Shown here: positions 20,071 to 31,653 of the stretch, in pieces | How the letters are laid out: the number at the start of each line of letters is the position of its first letter | Position numbering within the stretch: the first letter of the stretch is position 1 | Assembly: GCA_002269645.1 (NCBI GenBank) | Contig: NIVC01000692.1 | Coordinates: 62,001-126,000 of the forward strand | From: Macrostomum lignano | Taxonomy: Eukaryota | DNA: 64,000 nucleotides | Reading direction: 5' to 3' | Program-made: the position numbers and the translations under genes | Notes under the pieces: generated by a model | Databases searched by the model: none | Told to the model about the DNA's origin: nothing | Seen by the model: only the letters and a program-made list of their open reading frames with translations

Positions 20071-20448
20071 GTACCCGATAAAACTTGAATGATGCTTTAG
20101 TGATTTCTTGTAGCTGTCGTTTCAGTTTCCCATTATATTGTGTTTTTCTTTTATTTTTGAGCGATCTTGACTGGCGCTGGTGAAGAAAACGAGCAGAAGA
20201 CGAGGAACTGTTGATCTTTTAGTAGCTGTTGTTAGGTGTTAGGAGGCTTGCTGTGATTAATTGCTTCCGTATATTAGTCAGGTGATTATTTCTTGAAGAA
20301 CAATCAGCGCACTCCCTCATGCGCTGATGTATTCTCTGTTAACAAAAAACTTACTTGAAACGAATAAAAAGTTCCGTTCGCTTTGTTGTCCATTCCGAAC
20401 ATTTTCCGGCAATTGACAGACAGACTCAGAGACACTAAGATGTGGACG

Positions 20449-20685
20449 GAGCAGCTCAGCGGAGCAGGAACGCGTCCGACTCTCGCGCGGCGACCCCCGG
20501 TTCGATTCCGTGCGCGGTCGCATTCATTTGGGGCTCGTGTGCACGAAAATTGGCTGGGAGGTTGTCATGCGATTCACAGCCATGAGGGCCAGCCTTAAGG
20601 CACAGAGAGTGCACATGCATGACGATTAGAAAGTCAGGACCGCTGTACACCCTGTATATCCGTGTGCTCAGGAGTCAGTGAAATG
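20449..20685 (+). mobile_element. tRNA-derived SINE copy
   Basis: Head gagcagctcagcgg, B-box GGTTCGATTCC at 20499-20509, shared body with an internal deletion. Confidence 0.75.
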
Positions 20686-21454
20686 GGTGGAATCGACCGC
20701 TGGTTGTGTTAAGTTTTTGCCAGAGACGTTGCATCAAGGTGATCACAACCCTCCTGTCAAAACTATTATTTAAGACCGACGCTGAGACATGGGGTGCATA
20801 TCCGGACATTTGTTTCTATGTAGGCAGATCATCGGTACTTGAATTGATAGCCAAAAACTGCATTAATGTTTTTATAAATTTTCCCAAACTGTTTTTATGC
20901 ATGAACAGGCCTACCCGCAATCGGTAGTACTTAATTCAGTAGTCTCAAAGGAATTTAAATTACTTAGCGGTTGTTTACGCATTCTATTCATGTATGCGGC
21001 AATTCAGGCGTGGAATTCCAATAGAGCGCACAAATTTTCGACGCTCGCAGCGACGGACAGCTCTGCATGTTTTTCTTCACCATACCTTCTCTTTCCCGTC
21101 CGCCCTTCTTTGAACTGACAAACCCATGGGGTGGCTGTTCTTGTCTCTTGCGTCCAGCCGTTCTGTTGCTCAGGCCAGCTCTTCTCTCCGCCACCCAGAC
21201 CTGTTTCACTCGTACCTTTTTACCTCGGTGCCAGCCCATGTTGAGTACTCAGGCTAAGGGGGGGGGTCAAACGCTGACTCACGCGCTGCTGCTGCCGCAC
21301 GCACCCCCTAGCAGCACAGGCTATTTATAGATGCGCGCAGATGGATGGGCAAACCCGCCCAAATAGGCTTGCTTGGGGTTGACTGTCAGTTGCGGTGAGG
21401 ACAGAGAGGGGGCAGAGGGGGGGGCAGAAAGAGAAATGAGGAGGAGGGCGGGCC

Positions 21455-21600
21455 GTCCTAAATAAAGCCAGCGCAGGCGGTCCGATTCCGCAGAGACTCG
21501 AATTTCCATTAACAAGTTGTTGGCATCGGCGGAGAGTTAGACACCCGGTCCTCAACTGTCAGCTATACCAAGCAGCACCGAGCGGCATACAGCACTATAG
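21455..21600 (+). promoter_or_regulatory. Putative promoter and non-coding first exon of the CAP/VAL gene
   Basis: TATA-like ctaaataaa at ~21458 and strong donor TAG|gtaagt at 21601. The coding exon starts with an acceptor 3 nt before the ATG, so an upstream exon or a trans-splice event is needed. Confidence 0.4.
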
Positions 21601-21904
21601 GTAAGTGATGAGTAAACAGTTTGAGCTCCACCCTCATCGCTTTTGTTCAGTTCAGAAATTATCTTGATGTTCTGATTAAAAATCTCCCTTGCAAAATCTG
21701 TACATCAAAGCCACCCCCAACTAGCGGCAAAATGCATTTTCGAAATAGAAATAGCGCCGCTATTTAGCACCAAATTGACAATATCTCATCTACCTAGCTG
21801 CAAAAATGAGGAATGTTTCGGACTAAATTAATTCACAAGTTGAACAAAATGGATGAGTTTGAGTTTTCAAACTTTACTCAGGCAGCCTGGCGCAATGTCT
21901 TCGG

Positions 21905-22010
21905 CAACATCGCCCCCACAACCACGCGGTGAGGCAATTCTGCCCAGTCCGCTGACTCCTAAGCGCATGCAAGCGTGCCAATACTGTACGCTGGCCCGCA
22001 GTCGCACACT
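21905..22010 (-). mobile_element. SINE 3' fragment
   Basis: 'gaggcaattctgcccagtccgctgactcctaagcgcatgcaagcgtgccaatactgtacgc' is the reverse complement of the SINE 3' body. Confidence 0.6.
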
Positions 22011-22544
22011 TGCTTCATCTGCAATCCCAAGGCTCGGAAGGCGAGATATGGCCAATTTAGTGCTACAAAACTGAAGTCCTCTCCCATCTCGCTACTGCAT
22101 CTTGCAACGAAAACCGGTTATCCATGAAATCATCTCCCGCGTTAATTGCGCGCACAAACCACGTGAGCAGACTTACGAAGCAGTCCCCCTGTTACCCCCT
22201 GTGACTAGTAAGTAAATCGATAGTAAAGGAACGACAAAGAGACCAAGCAAAGGTAGAGGTAGAGAAACGACGTGAAAAAGCTTTGATTTATCGTCCAAAT
22301 TATCGTCTAACTTTACATAGTCGCGCATGCGCTGTCACCTGTGTCAACAATTCAGGCCACCAATCTCTGCTCGGGTTTAATTAATTTCACTCGAGTGCAG
22401 ATACAAAGCTGGATAAGCGTTCGCCCGATCGTTGGGGATTAAGAGGCAGAGCAATGGATACTAATACTCGAGGTAGTTTTTCCAGTGTGCCATTCTAATC
22501 TGATAGGTAAAAATGTCACTAGTCACACATGGGTCCCACCGCTC

Positions 22545-23313
22545 AGCAGGCCGTGAGTCTGTCAGAGTTCCACCAGTCCCTTCACACTGACACACCGCAG
22601 GTCATGAGTCTGTCAGAGTTCCGCCAGTCCCCTTCACACTGACACACCGCAGGTCATGAGTCTGTCAGAGTTCCGCCAGTCCCCTCCCACACTGACACAC
22701 CGCAGGCCATGAGTCTGTCAGAGTTCCGCCAGTCCCCTTCACACTGACACACCGCAGGCCATGAGTCTGTCAGAGTTCCACCAATCCCCTCCCAGACTGA
22801 CACACCGCAGGCCATGAGTCTGTCAGAGTTCCACCAATCCCCTCCCAGACTGACACACCGCAGGCCATGAGTCTGTCAGAGTTCCACCAATCCCCTCCCA
22901 CACTGACACACCGCAGGTCATGAGTCTGTCAGAGTTCCACCAATCCCCTCCCAGACTGACACACCGCAGGCCATGAGTCTGTCAGAGTTCCGCCAGTCCC
23001 TTCACACTGACACACCGCAGGCCATGAGTCTGTCAGAGTTCCGCCAGTCCCCTCCCACACTGACACACCGCAGGCCATGAGTCTGTCAGAGTTCCGCCAA
23101 TCCCCTCCCACACTGACACACCGCAGGTCATGAGTCTGTCAGAGTTCCGCCAATCCCCTCCCACACTGACACACCGCAGGTCATGAGTCTGTCAGAGTTC
23201 CGCCAATCCCCTCCCACACTGACACACCGCAGGCCATGAGTCTGTCAGAGTTCCGCCAGTCCCCTCCCACACTGACATACCGCAGGTCATGAGTCTGTCA
23301 GAGTTCCGCCAGT
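22545..23313 (+). repeat. 51-53-bp minisatellite containing the splice acceptor and first codons of the CAP gene, 15 copies
   Basis: Unit: cactgacacaccgcag|g[t/c]cATGagtctgtcagagttcc[g/a]cca[g/a]tcccct[t/cc]. Only the last copy continues into the open exon. Confidence 0.92.
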
Positions 23314-26300
23314 CGCTGATGCAGCAGCAGAACAGTCGCCGGGCCCTACACGGTGCAGCGGCTCTCCGAGCTGCCAGCGACCTTGACCGGACGGCGCAGG
23401 CCTGGGCGGAGGCCCTGGCGGCCAAGGGCAGCTTGGAGAACAGCGCCGAGGCCAAGCGAGGCGAATGTGGCGAGTGCATCAGCATGCGGAGCGCCGAGGG
23501 CCAGGCAGCCGAGATCTCAGGTGAGACGGCTCTGACACTCGACATCGTCCCACAGCCAGCGTTGAGGCAATTGTGCCCATTCCGCTGACTCCTGACAAGC
23601 GCCAATACTGTCCGCAGGCACGCACTCAAGCACACGCTCACACAGGGTGCACAGCGGCCCTGACTTTCTAATCCTCAGTCATGTACACTCTCTGTGCCTT
23701 GGCTGGTTAGTCTTCATGGCTGCGAATCGCACGACAACCTCCCGGTCAAGCCCCCAAATGAATGCGGGGGTCGTGGCGCGAGAGCCAGACGCGTGTTACC
23801 GCAGAGCTGCTCTGCGCCCTCCATCCAAGTGGCAAGCAAGTCAGTCTGGGCAAAAGGGTGGCTTAGTCTGATTCGAGAAGCCCAACCAGCATAAATGAAT
23901 GAAGCGCCGGACCGACTGTGCTGTGACCCCATTCAGTGCCTCGGCTTTCGGGTGTGCAACAACTTCGCACAACGATCGGTATTTGCGCGAGCTCGCGTTG
24001 GCAAGTTTTGCCACAGGCGGCCGGCCCTGTTCCAATCTGGAAAATGCGCGTTGGAAAATTTCTAGCTGTAAACTGCACAGAATAATTCGGGTTTAGCATG
24101 GGCTTCAACGTCAACAGGGCCTCTTCTATAGCGTAGCCGGCCCAGTCTCGGTCCAGAATTTCATCTGGCCGTATTAAAATCTATTTGGTTCGCCTTGGAT
24201 TAGTTTTGGTCGTATCCTCACTTCGCAGTTGGTCTTCTGTTGTCTTTGAAGCCAGAGTTATTATATCTCACCTTGAACTAGAGCTTGTCCCATCTTAGAG
24301 AGCCAACTAATCTTGTCTCACCCTAGAGCTGACTCAGTCTCACCCCAGAGCCGGTCCAGTCTCACCCCAGAGCCGGTCCAGTCTCACCCCAGAGCCGGTC
24401 CAGTCTCACCCCAGAGCCGGACCAGTCTCATCCCCGAGCCATGCCAGTCTCACTCTAGAAACGGCCCAGTCTTACTCCAGAGCTGGCCCACTCTCCATTC
24501 CCAGCCGAAGAGGTGGTCAGCCAGTGGTACCGCGACATCGACAAGTACAACTTCGCGGACGGCAGCGGCAAGGCCGGCAACTTCACCCAGCTGGTGTGGC
24601 TGGGAACTCGCGAGGTTGGCGTCGGGCGCGCCCAGAGCGGCAGCCGGGTGGTGGTGGTGGCGCACTACCGACCTCCTGGCAACGTGCGCGGCCGCTACGT
24701 CGCCAACGTTCGGCCGGTGGAGTCGGCGGGCTCGGACGTCACCAAGCAGCTGGCCGCCGCCGGCTGCCGCGTCACCAGCAGCAAAATTGAACGGGAGGAG
24801 GTCCGCGGCGAGGATGGCCGACTTTTTGTGGTTGAACGGGAGCGGATTCGCTACGTGGACGAGCAGGGAAATGTGAGACAGCGGGGGTCCTAGGGGCGCG
24901 CGGGGAGAAGAGAGTCTTAGGCTTCACTTGTCTGAACAAAACTTTCCTAAGTTGCCTACCTAAGGTCTGCCTGTCTAGCTTAGCCCACCTAAACTCTTGG
25001 AAACAAGTCTAAAGTAAAGTAAACTAAACTAAACTGAACTAGACTGAAGAAAACAAAACAAAACAAAACTAAAATAAACTAGACTAAACTGAACTAAACT
25101 AAACAAAACAAACTAAACTGAACTAAACTAGACTAAACTAGACTAGAATAGACTAAACTAATCTAAACTAAACTAAACTAAACTAAAATAAACTAACTAA
25201 ACTGAACTAAACTGAACTAAACTGAACTAAATTAAACTAAACTAAACTAAACTAAACTAAAATAAACCAACTAAACTAAACTAAACTAAACTAAAATATA
25301 ATAAACTAACTAAACTGAACTAAACTAAACTAAACTAAACTAACCTAAACTAAACTAAACTAAACTGAAGGGCTCAATCAGTCAATTAAGCTTACTCGAA
25401 ATTTTCTTTGTTTATGAACTCTTTGCTTAAGACGCATAGCTTCCCTGAAAATGAAATCAGCGAGCCACCCTGAATTATCAGCCGCACTAAATTAAACCCA
25501 ACAGGAGAAAGAGAAAATCGTTGAGCGTCGGCAGGAGAAGCCGGAACTGAGGCCGCCACCGGAAAAACAGCAGCAACAGCAGAAGCAGCAGCAAGCAACG
25601 CAAGGCAAAGTTCTGGACGCCACGGTGAGTCGGCGGAGGAGCTGCTGGGCACCGGATATTGCGAAAATAATTTGACGCGCAAAAGCATTCTGCTCTGAAG
25701 TCACGAAAGAATTTTTTAATTTCCTCAGAAAGTTTTTTCATTTATTTTCCTTTTTCCCTTATCAACTGCCTCAACTTGCGAAATTGAATTCCTCATGCAT
25801 GAGTCAAATCGGACTTGACAAGAGCAGATATTGACTGGTCAAGCAATATGCCGGACCCTGGTAGCAGGAGAACCACCTGCTGTGGAGTCGTAAATCAATC
25901 AGTTTCGCAAAGAAATCTTTGAAAATATTGAAAATTAATAACAAATGTTCTTCAAGCAGTTGAGACTTCCAGACCAGCTTCCACACCAGTCACAGTCACG
26001 CTTCCACACCGGTCACAGACACGCTTTCACACCGGTCACAGACACGCTTCCACACCGGTCACCGACACGCTTCCGCACCGGTCACATACCAGCTTCCATA
26101 CTGGTCACAGACCAGCTTCCACACCGGTCACAAACACGCTTCCACACCGGTTACAGACACGCTTCCACACCGGTCACAGACACGCTTTCACACCGGTCAC
26201 AGACACGCTTTCACACCGGTCACAGACACGCTTCCACACCGGTCACAGACACGCTTCCACACCGGTCACAGACACGCTTCCACACCGGTCACAGACACGC

Positions 26301-27952
26301 TTCCACACCGGTCAGACACGCTTCCACACCAGTTACAGAACGCTTCCACACCGGTCACAGACACGCTTCCACACCGGTCACAGACACGCTTCCACACCGG
26401 TCACAGACACGCTTTCACACCGGTCACAGACACGCTTCCACACCGGTCACAGACACGCTTCCACACCGGTCAGACACGCTTCCACACCAGTTACAGAACG
26501 CTTCCACACCGGTCACAGACACGCTTCCACACCGCGGTCACAGACACGCTTCCACACCGCGGTCACAGACACGCTTCCACACCGCGGTCACAGACACGCT
26601 TCCACACCGCGGTCACAGACTAGACAAGATTCCACCCCAGCCCTAGGACAATCCCTATGCAACTAATCGCACACAGACAATAAATCCAACACGGCTGAAC
26701 CAACCCATCGTTTAGGAAAGCCAAATGTCCCAATTCGGCCACGAGGTGCTGGAGCGGCACAACCATCACCGGATGCAGCACGGAGTTCCCGGGCTGGCTC
26801 TGAACGCGGAGCTGTCAGCCAAGGCGCAGGCATTCGCCACCGAGCTGTGCGGCAAGTCCAAGCTGTACAACAGCAGCGCCACTCACGGGACGGAAAGGCT
26901 GGGCGAGAACATCGCCAGCCGCTGGAGTAACGGCGAGACCGACTACAATGGTGCGGCCTATGAGCGGGCCTGGAGACCGGGACTGTCTCTCTGGCTTTAT
27001 TTTGAGACCCATGGAACTGAGACTGCCTCTAGCTGTGCTGCGGGACTGGGGGACTGTTTCTGGCTGGCTGCGGGACTGGGAACTTGGGACTCTCTCTGCA
27101 TGGCTTAAAATAATAAATCTAAGAGCAAAAAGGCTTCTAATCTAATTTACTCGTATCAAATCAGAGTTGAATCACATGCCATTTTGCAGCCATCGACGTG
27201 GTGGACCACTGGTACAACGAGGTGGAGAAATTTCGATATAACGAGGAGCCCTCCGATATCAATGGAATTGGTAAGTGTCAATCTAAATACGAGCTAGTAC
27301 GAGCGTAGTGAGTTTCGCTAGCAAGATGAGCAAGAGATTTAACTGTATTGCATATCCAAGGCTCACAGCACGTGTAGCTTTCGAGAGACACTTGCGAATA
27401 TCTTTGAAGCCATTATAAGTTTTTTTCCGAGGTGATTGTACGGATTTATCGACTTCGATTTTAAAATAATTATTTTGGAAACTGTCTATGATTTCTGTGT
27501 GTAAGTATTGGCATAGAGAATGTACCAGGCTTGTTCTATCAGTCTGTCCAATGTTCTATCAGTGGTGTAGAAGCGTGTCAGTGACCGGTGTAGAAGCGTA
27601 TCTGTGACCGGTGTGAAAGCGTGCCTGTAACCGGTGTAGAAGTGTCTGTGACCGGTATGGAAGCGAGTGGAAGTTTGGCTATGGACAGTCTTTATAAATC
27701 TCAAGTAAAGAATTCTCAACTAATAGCATGGTCTACTCCAGTTAGACTACTTCAAGTAGACAAACAATCGCCAATCCAATGCCAGGCAACTTCACCCAGC
27801 TGGTGTGGAAGAACTCCAAGGAGCTGGGCGTCGGCAAGGCGATTCACCGGGCTGCGGACGGTTCGCACAAGGTTGTGGTTGTCTGCTACTACTATCCCAG
27901 CGGCAACGTGATGAGCAGCTTCCGACAGAATGTGCTCAGGCCTGGCAAGTGA
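23289..27952 (+). CDS. Two-domain CAP/SCP-TAPS protein, GAPR-1/GLIPR2-like (group-2 venom-allergen-like, VAL11-type architecture), 6 coding exons, ~400 aa, no signal peptide
   Basis: Exons 23289-23520, 24505-24872, 25505-25624, 26716-26950, 27190-27270, 27786-27952 are phase-consistent (1203 nt). Domain 1: GECIS, WYRDIDKYNF, GNFTQLVW..TREVGVG, VAHYRPPGNV. Domain 2: HNHHRMQHG, GENIA, WYNEVEKF, GNFTQLVWKNSKELGVG, VCYYYPSGNV. Confidence 0.85.
23555..23812 (-). mobile_element. tRNA-derived SINE copy (B-box deleted) in a CAP gene intron
   Basis: Reverse complement begins gagcagctctgcggtaacacgcgtctggctctcgcgccacgacccc and continues through the shared body. Confidence 0.75.
24335..24480. repeat. 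22-bp minisatellite (cagtctcaccccagagccggtc)n, ~6-7 copies, just upstream of an acceptor
   Basis: Direct reading. Confidence 0.85.
25015..25347. repeat. (AAACT)n microsatellite, degenerate
   Basis: Direct reading. Confidence 0.9.
25968..26618. repeat. 23-bp minisatellite, inverted relative to 14385-15168, ~28 copies
   Basis: (cacaccggtcacagacacgcttc)n. Confidence 0.95.
27566..27665. repeat. Short, diverged 23-bp minisatellite (same family, + orientation), ~4 copies
   Basis: gtgaccggtgtagaagcgtatct-type units. Confidence 0.8.
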
Positions 27953-28284
27953 AGGTTTAACAGCACCTATTTGATAAGTCTTCCCGACTGTGTTCGGATT
28001 TTTCAGTTTGATTCAAGACGCGAGCTAGATCAAACACGCAGACAGATTTACACTTTTTCATGTTTATTTTTATTGAAAATGTTTTCCTCTAATCCTCTTG
28101 GTGATCAGCGATAGCATAACTCTTTCAGTTTGGTCAAAAGCTCAATAGTCTATCGGAGCGTTAAGTTCCTTTTTAATCGGTGTTGTAGAGAAATAAAAAA
28201 AATACTCAATAGACTGTTTGATTGTAATGAGATTTATCTGGTCATCCGGAAAGTTTTGTAGAGCGAAAAGCACGATTTTCGTGC

Positions 28285-28718
28285 CAATCAGAAGGCAGAG
28301 GGAGAGAGATAAGAATAACAAGACTGAACCAGACAGAGGGAGAAAAAACAGTAAACAGAGACGAGGGCGGGTGGAGTACGCGACTGGGGGAAGAGGCGAG
28401 ATCGAAGAACCAATCAGAAGGCAGTGAGGGAGAGAGATAAGAATAACAAGACTGAACCAGACAGAGGGAGAAAAAACAGTAGAGACGAGGGCGGGTGGAG
28501 TACGCGACTGGGGGAAGAGGCGAGATCGAAGAACCAATCAGAAGGCTGTATGGGAGAGAGATAAGAATAACAAGACTGAACCAGACAGAGGGAGAAAAAA
28601 CAGTAAACAGAGACGAGGGCGGGTGGAGTACGCGACTGGGAGAAGAGGCGAGATCGAAGAACCAATCAGAAGGCAGTGAGGGAGAGATAAGAATAACAAG
28701 ACTGAACCAGACAGAGAC
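28285..28718. repeat. ~125-bp tandem repeat, 3.5 copies
   Basis: aatcagaaggc... recurs at ~28287, 28412, 28536, 28663. Confidence 0.9.
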
Positions 28719-30829
28719 GAGGCAGATAAACTGAAGAAGACTAAGACGGTCGCGACAGGCGTTAAGCAAAGCAAAAACTTCTAGCCATTTGGACGCAGGG
28801 AAATATTCAGATTGAATCCCCTTAGAGTCCGAACAGGCCTTGATTTATTACTCGAGTGCATAAAGCTAGCAGTACGAGCTACAGGAGTCACTAATTCGTT
28901 CGAACTCTATAGAATCCTATACAGAAAATAACAAACCCTCTGGTGTCGGTTTTCGTGTACTACAATTTTACGAGCTAAAATTATATGCCTCGCTCGCTTT
29001 TCACAAATCATTTGCTATTTAACTTTATTCCCGCAGTATTACAAGTACTGTACAGTAGGTGCAGTGTGCGCTGTACGCGCTGGAATCCACTTAAGAAAAT
29101 TTGTGCACGGAACACAAGTGTAAATAAAGCAGTAATTATTTACATCTACATTACGCTCCTGTAATAATTTACAGTCTGAGGTTCAGTATCCGCTCATTAA
29201 AATTGGCAGTACGCGATCTATAATATACTTTTTTATACTTATATTGCTCTGAGAAGTGCGCGAGATTTCAGCACCCAATGCCCAGATTGGCACGAAATTC
29301 TTATCAATTTACAATAAGATCGCAATACATATGTACCTCGACTTCATACACACTAGGCTCCCTGTTAGGCATCTAGTCGAGCTGATATACAGGGTAAACT
29401 AGAGATCAGTGTAGGTTATCTAGATGCCAAGCATTGTACCCAGACAGTCGCGGGTTCGAATCCCACTCGCAATGAAAGCGGCCCGCTTGGCTTGGCAAGA
29501 ATAAAGCGCAGATAAAAGTACACCAACTAACTAATCTAATTGTTGATAAGCAGTTTTATTAATCGCATTAACTGGTGATTTAGTTATCTAAAAGAATAGG
29601 CCTAGCCGCTTACAAAATGCGGCCATCCGTATAACGTATATAATGTAATATAAAAATAAATAAACGTGGCCGCATAGCAACCCAGGAGCTTCCTTGGCTT
29701 TACGAACGACAAAAAACACATTAATCAATCTCCATAGCAATGATAGGTGTCATTGGATATCTCCCCAGGAGTTTAAAATAAGACATCAAAGGTTATAGCC
29801 GTCATGATGTCATTGCTATGGAGATGTGGTTCCACAAGATTAACACAAATGAAACCATAAAACTATATTAAGTCGGTAAAAATCTGAAATACATAAGGCT
29901 AGGGGAAAATTAAAACAAAGCATGGACTAGACATAATTAGCGCATCTTGATTTATTGCACGCATGGCTCCTGAATCACTTCATTTACGAGCAATACAAGC
30001 TCGATAGTAATTAGCAAAATAAAAAACTGTTTAAATTAGAGAGCATATATTGACTGGGTTTGGATTTCGAATACATAATTTGGTAATAATATTGATATAA
30101 CAGTAACCGTTATATATAGCTAATATCCATTATTATGCCGCTGTCCAACACAAAAAGTAGAAAATGAAAACTTGAAACAAAAACCCGAAAAAACGGTACT
30201 ACTTTTGATGCGAGTAGCAATTTATGATTATTAACTTTTTTTCTGGTAAAACTTCACACAAATATTGCATTACAATTAGCACGCCTTATCGATTCCGATT
30301 GATGCATCTTTAAAAAAATCAATTTTGCTAAACTAATAAAATACTGCACTATGAAAACAATAGATAAATATTTCACAATACCGCCAAGTATAAGCGAATA
30401 TATGAATAGCGGGAAGAAGGAAGGAACAAATGAGCAGGGTGGGAAGCCGGCTGAGTGAATTAGTTAATAAAAAATCGGTGATCTAATTTGTGATAGAAAA
30501 ACACGGAGACAGCCACTTGATGAGGCCGGTTTTGCTATCCGAATCGAACAGGTATTTGTACTGTAGAATTAAACTTTCGTATAGCTTCCACAAAGGTTAT
30601 AAATAAACTAATCTTCTCAAATCTTCTTTACTTTTTATTTACGCTCTGAGCCTTTAAATACCCACGTACAGTAAAATTTTACTGGCTCTGATACTCCTAC
30701 TGGAGTACGCTGAGCTTTAAAACCCCTAAAAACATTTAAAATGTATGTCCCTAACTCTCACTACGGAGAACGTTGGGAACATTGAGGTCTCCATCGCCAG
30801 CACTAAAATTTTTCGAGTGTCAAATTTCA

Positions 30830-31465
30830 CTACTTGAATACTTTGGGAGCCTTAGATTTCCAAACAGCATTCAAATTTTACTAGTTACAACTCTCGCTAC
30901 TGGAGTACGTTGGGAGCCTTAGATTTCCAAACAGCATTCAAAATTTACTAGTTACAACTCTCGCTACTGGAGTACGTTGGGAGCCTTAGATTTCCAAACA
31001 GCATTCAAATTTTACTAGTTACAACTCTCGCTACTGGAGTACGTTGGGAGCCTTAGATTTTCAAACAGCATTCAAAATTTACTAGTTACAACTCTCGCTA
31101 CTGGAGTACGTTGGGAGCCTTAGATTTCCAAACAGCATTCAAAATTTACTAGTTATAACTCTCGCTACTGGAGTACGTTGGGAGCCTTAGATTTCCAAAC
31201 AGCATTCAAAATTTACTAGTTACAACTCTCGCTACTGGAGTACGTTGGGAGCCTTAGATTTCCAAACAGCATTCAAAATTTACAAGTTACAACTCTCGCT
31301 ACTGGAGTACGTTCGGAGCCTTTTAGGAGCCTTAGATTTCCAAACAGCATTCAAAATTTAATAGTCACAACTCTTACTACTGGAGTACGTCGGGAGCCTT
31401 TTAATTCCAAACAGGATTCAAATTACTAGTTACAACCCTCACTACTGGAGTACGTTGGGGGCCTT
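30830..31465. repeat. 67-bp tandem repeat, ~9 copies
   Basis: actctcgctactggagtacgttgggagccttagatttccaaacagcattcaaattttactagttaca; period 67 (30890 to 30957). Confidence 0.92.
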
Positions 31466-31653
31466 AAAAGATCAATCTAACAGGGAAATTATGTTTATTC
31501 GTCATAAAACCCCACTGTTTAACTCAAACCATATTATTGGGACACACGAAAAAATAGGAAATAGCAACAAAAGCTAAACATTAACCGCAGACAAAAAGCA
31601 CAGCTTGAAAAGAAAAATTATAAACATTCATTCGCGTATAGTCCGAAGCGGGA

